Assembly (NCBI GenBank): GCA_009103225.1
Contig: RHPI01001507.1
Location: forward strand, 124,001-188,000
DNA from: Chlorokybus atmophyticus
Lineage: Eukaryota; Plantae; Mesostigma and Chlorokybus algae
Reading direction: 5' to 3'
Length of the DNA: 64,000 nucleotides
In this document: positions 63,940 to 64,000 of the stretch, piece after piece
How the letters are laid out: each line of letters opens with the position of its first letter
How positions within the stretch are numbered: position 1 is the first letter of the stretch
Notes under the pieces: generated by a model
What the model was told of the DNA's origin: nothing
Seen by the model: the letters and a program-made list of their open reading frames with translations, nothing else
The model's database searches: none
Program-made: the position numbers and the translations under genes

Positions 63940-64000
63940 GGCAAGAATTGAACCCGGGTCTGAAGCTCCGATGACCAATGTCACAGCCCACTCGACCACA
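63940..64000 (-). other. tRNA-derived Pol III promoter (box A / box B); probable SINE head, cut by window edge
   Basis: Minus strand: TGGTCGAGTGG (box A, 63998-63988), 33-nt spacer, GGTTCAATTC (box B, 63954-63945). No clean cloverleaf is visible. Confidence 0.5.

Overview
Eukaryotic nuclear DNA with short GT-AG introns, most likely from a streptophyte (charophyte-grade) green alga. This host call is inferred from the MIKC MADS gene structure and TE content; the species is not determinable here. About 1-29 kb is a nested transposon graveyard. It holds a Ty3 LTR inserted in a deleted Ty1/copia, a PIF/Harbinger transposase relic, an intron-containing pogo element with three related MITEs, a CAYGG-ended TIR element, and a young intact chromovirus (16649-22693, TSD ATGGA). 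It also holds a DIRS-type RT relic split by an old full-length copia (23144-27733, TSD CAACT). About 32-48 kb is a gene island: a 10-exon MIKC-type MADS-box gene, a Tic32/RDH-like SDR, a small secreted-type protein and an 18-exon hybrid histidine kinase. About 50-57 kb is AT-rich with a foldback element, followed by a second young chromovirus on the minus strand (57361-63512, TSD GATGA). Main discoveries: (i) the kinase carries a His-rich multi-pass membrane sensor of a bacterial type (IYQMRGLAEMHFF), not CHASE or ethylene-binding, fused to GAF-HisKA-HATPase-REC-REC; (ii) two divergent chromoviruses share an identically built -1 frameshift signal (heptamer, 6-nt spacer, H-type pseudoknot) with pairing retained despite sequence change; (iii) the MADS gene has the MEF2-position intron and only one 42-nt K-box exon. 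All exon models and alignments were made by hand; no database searches were run.
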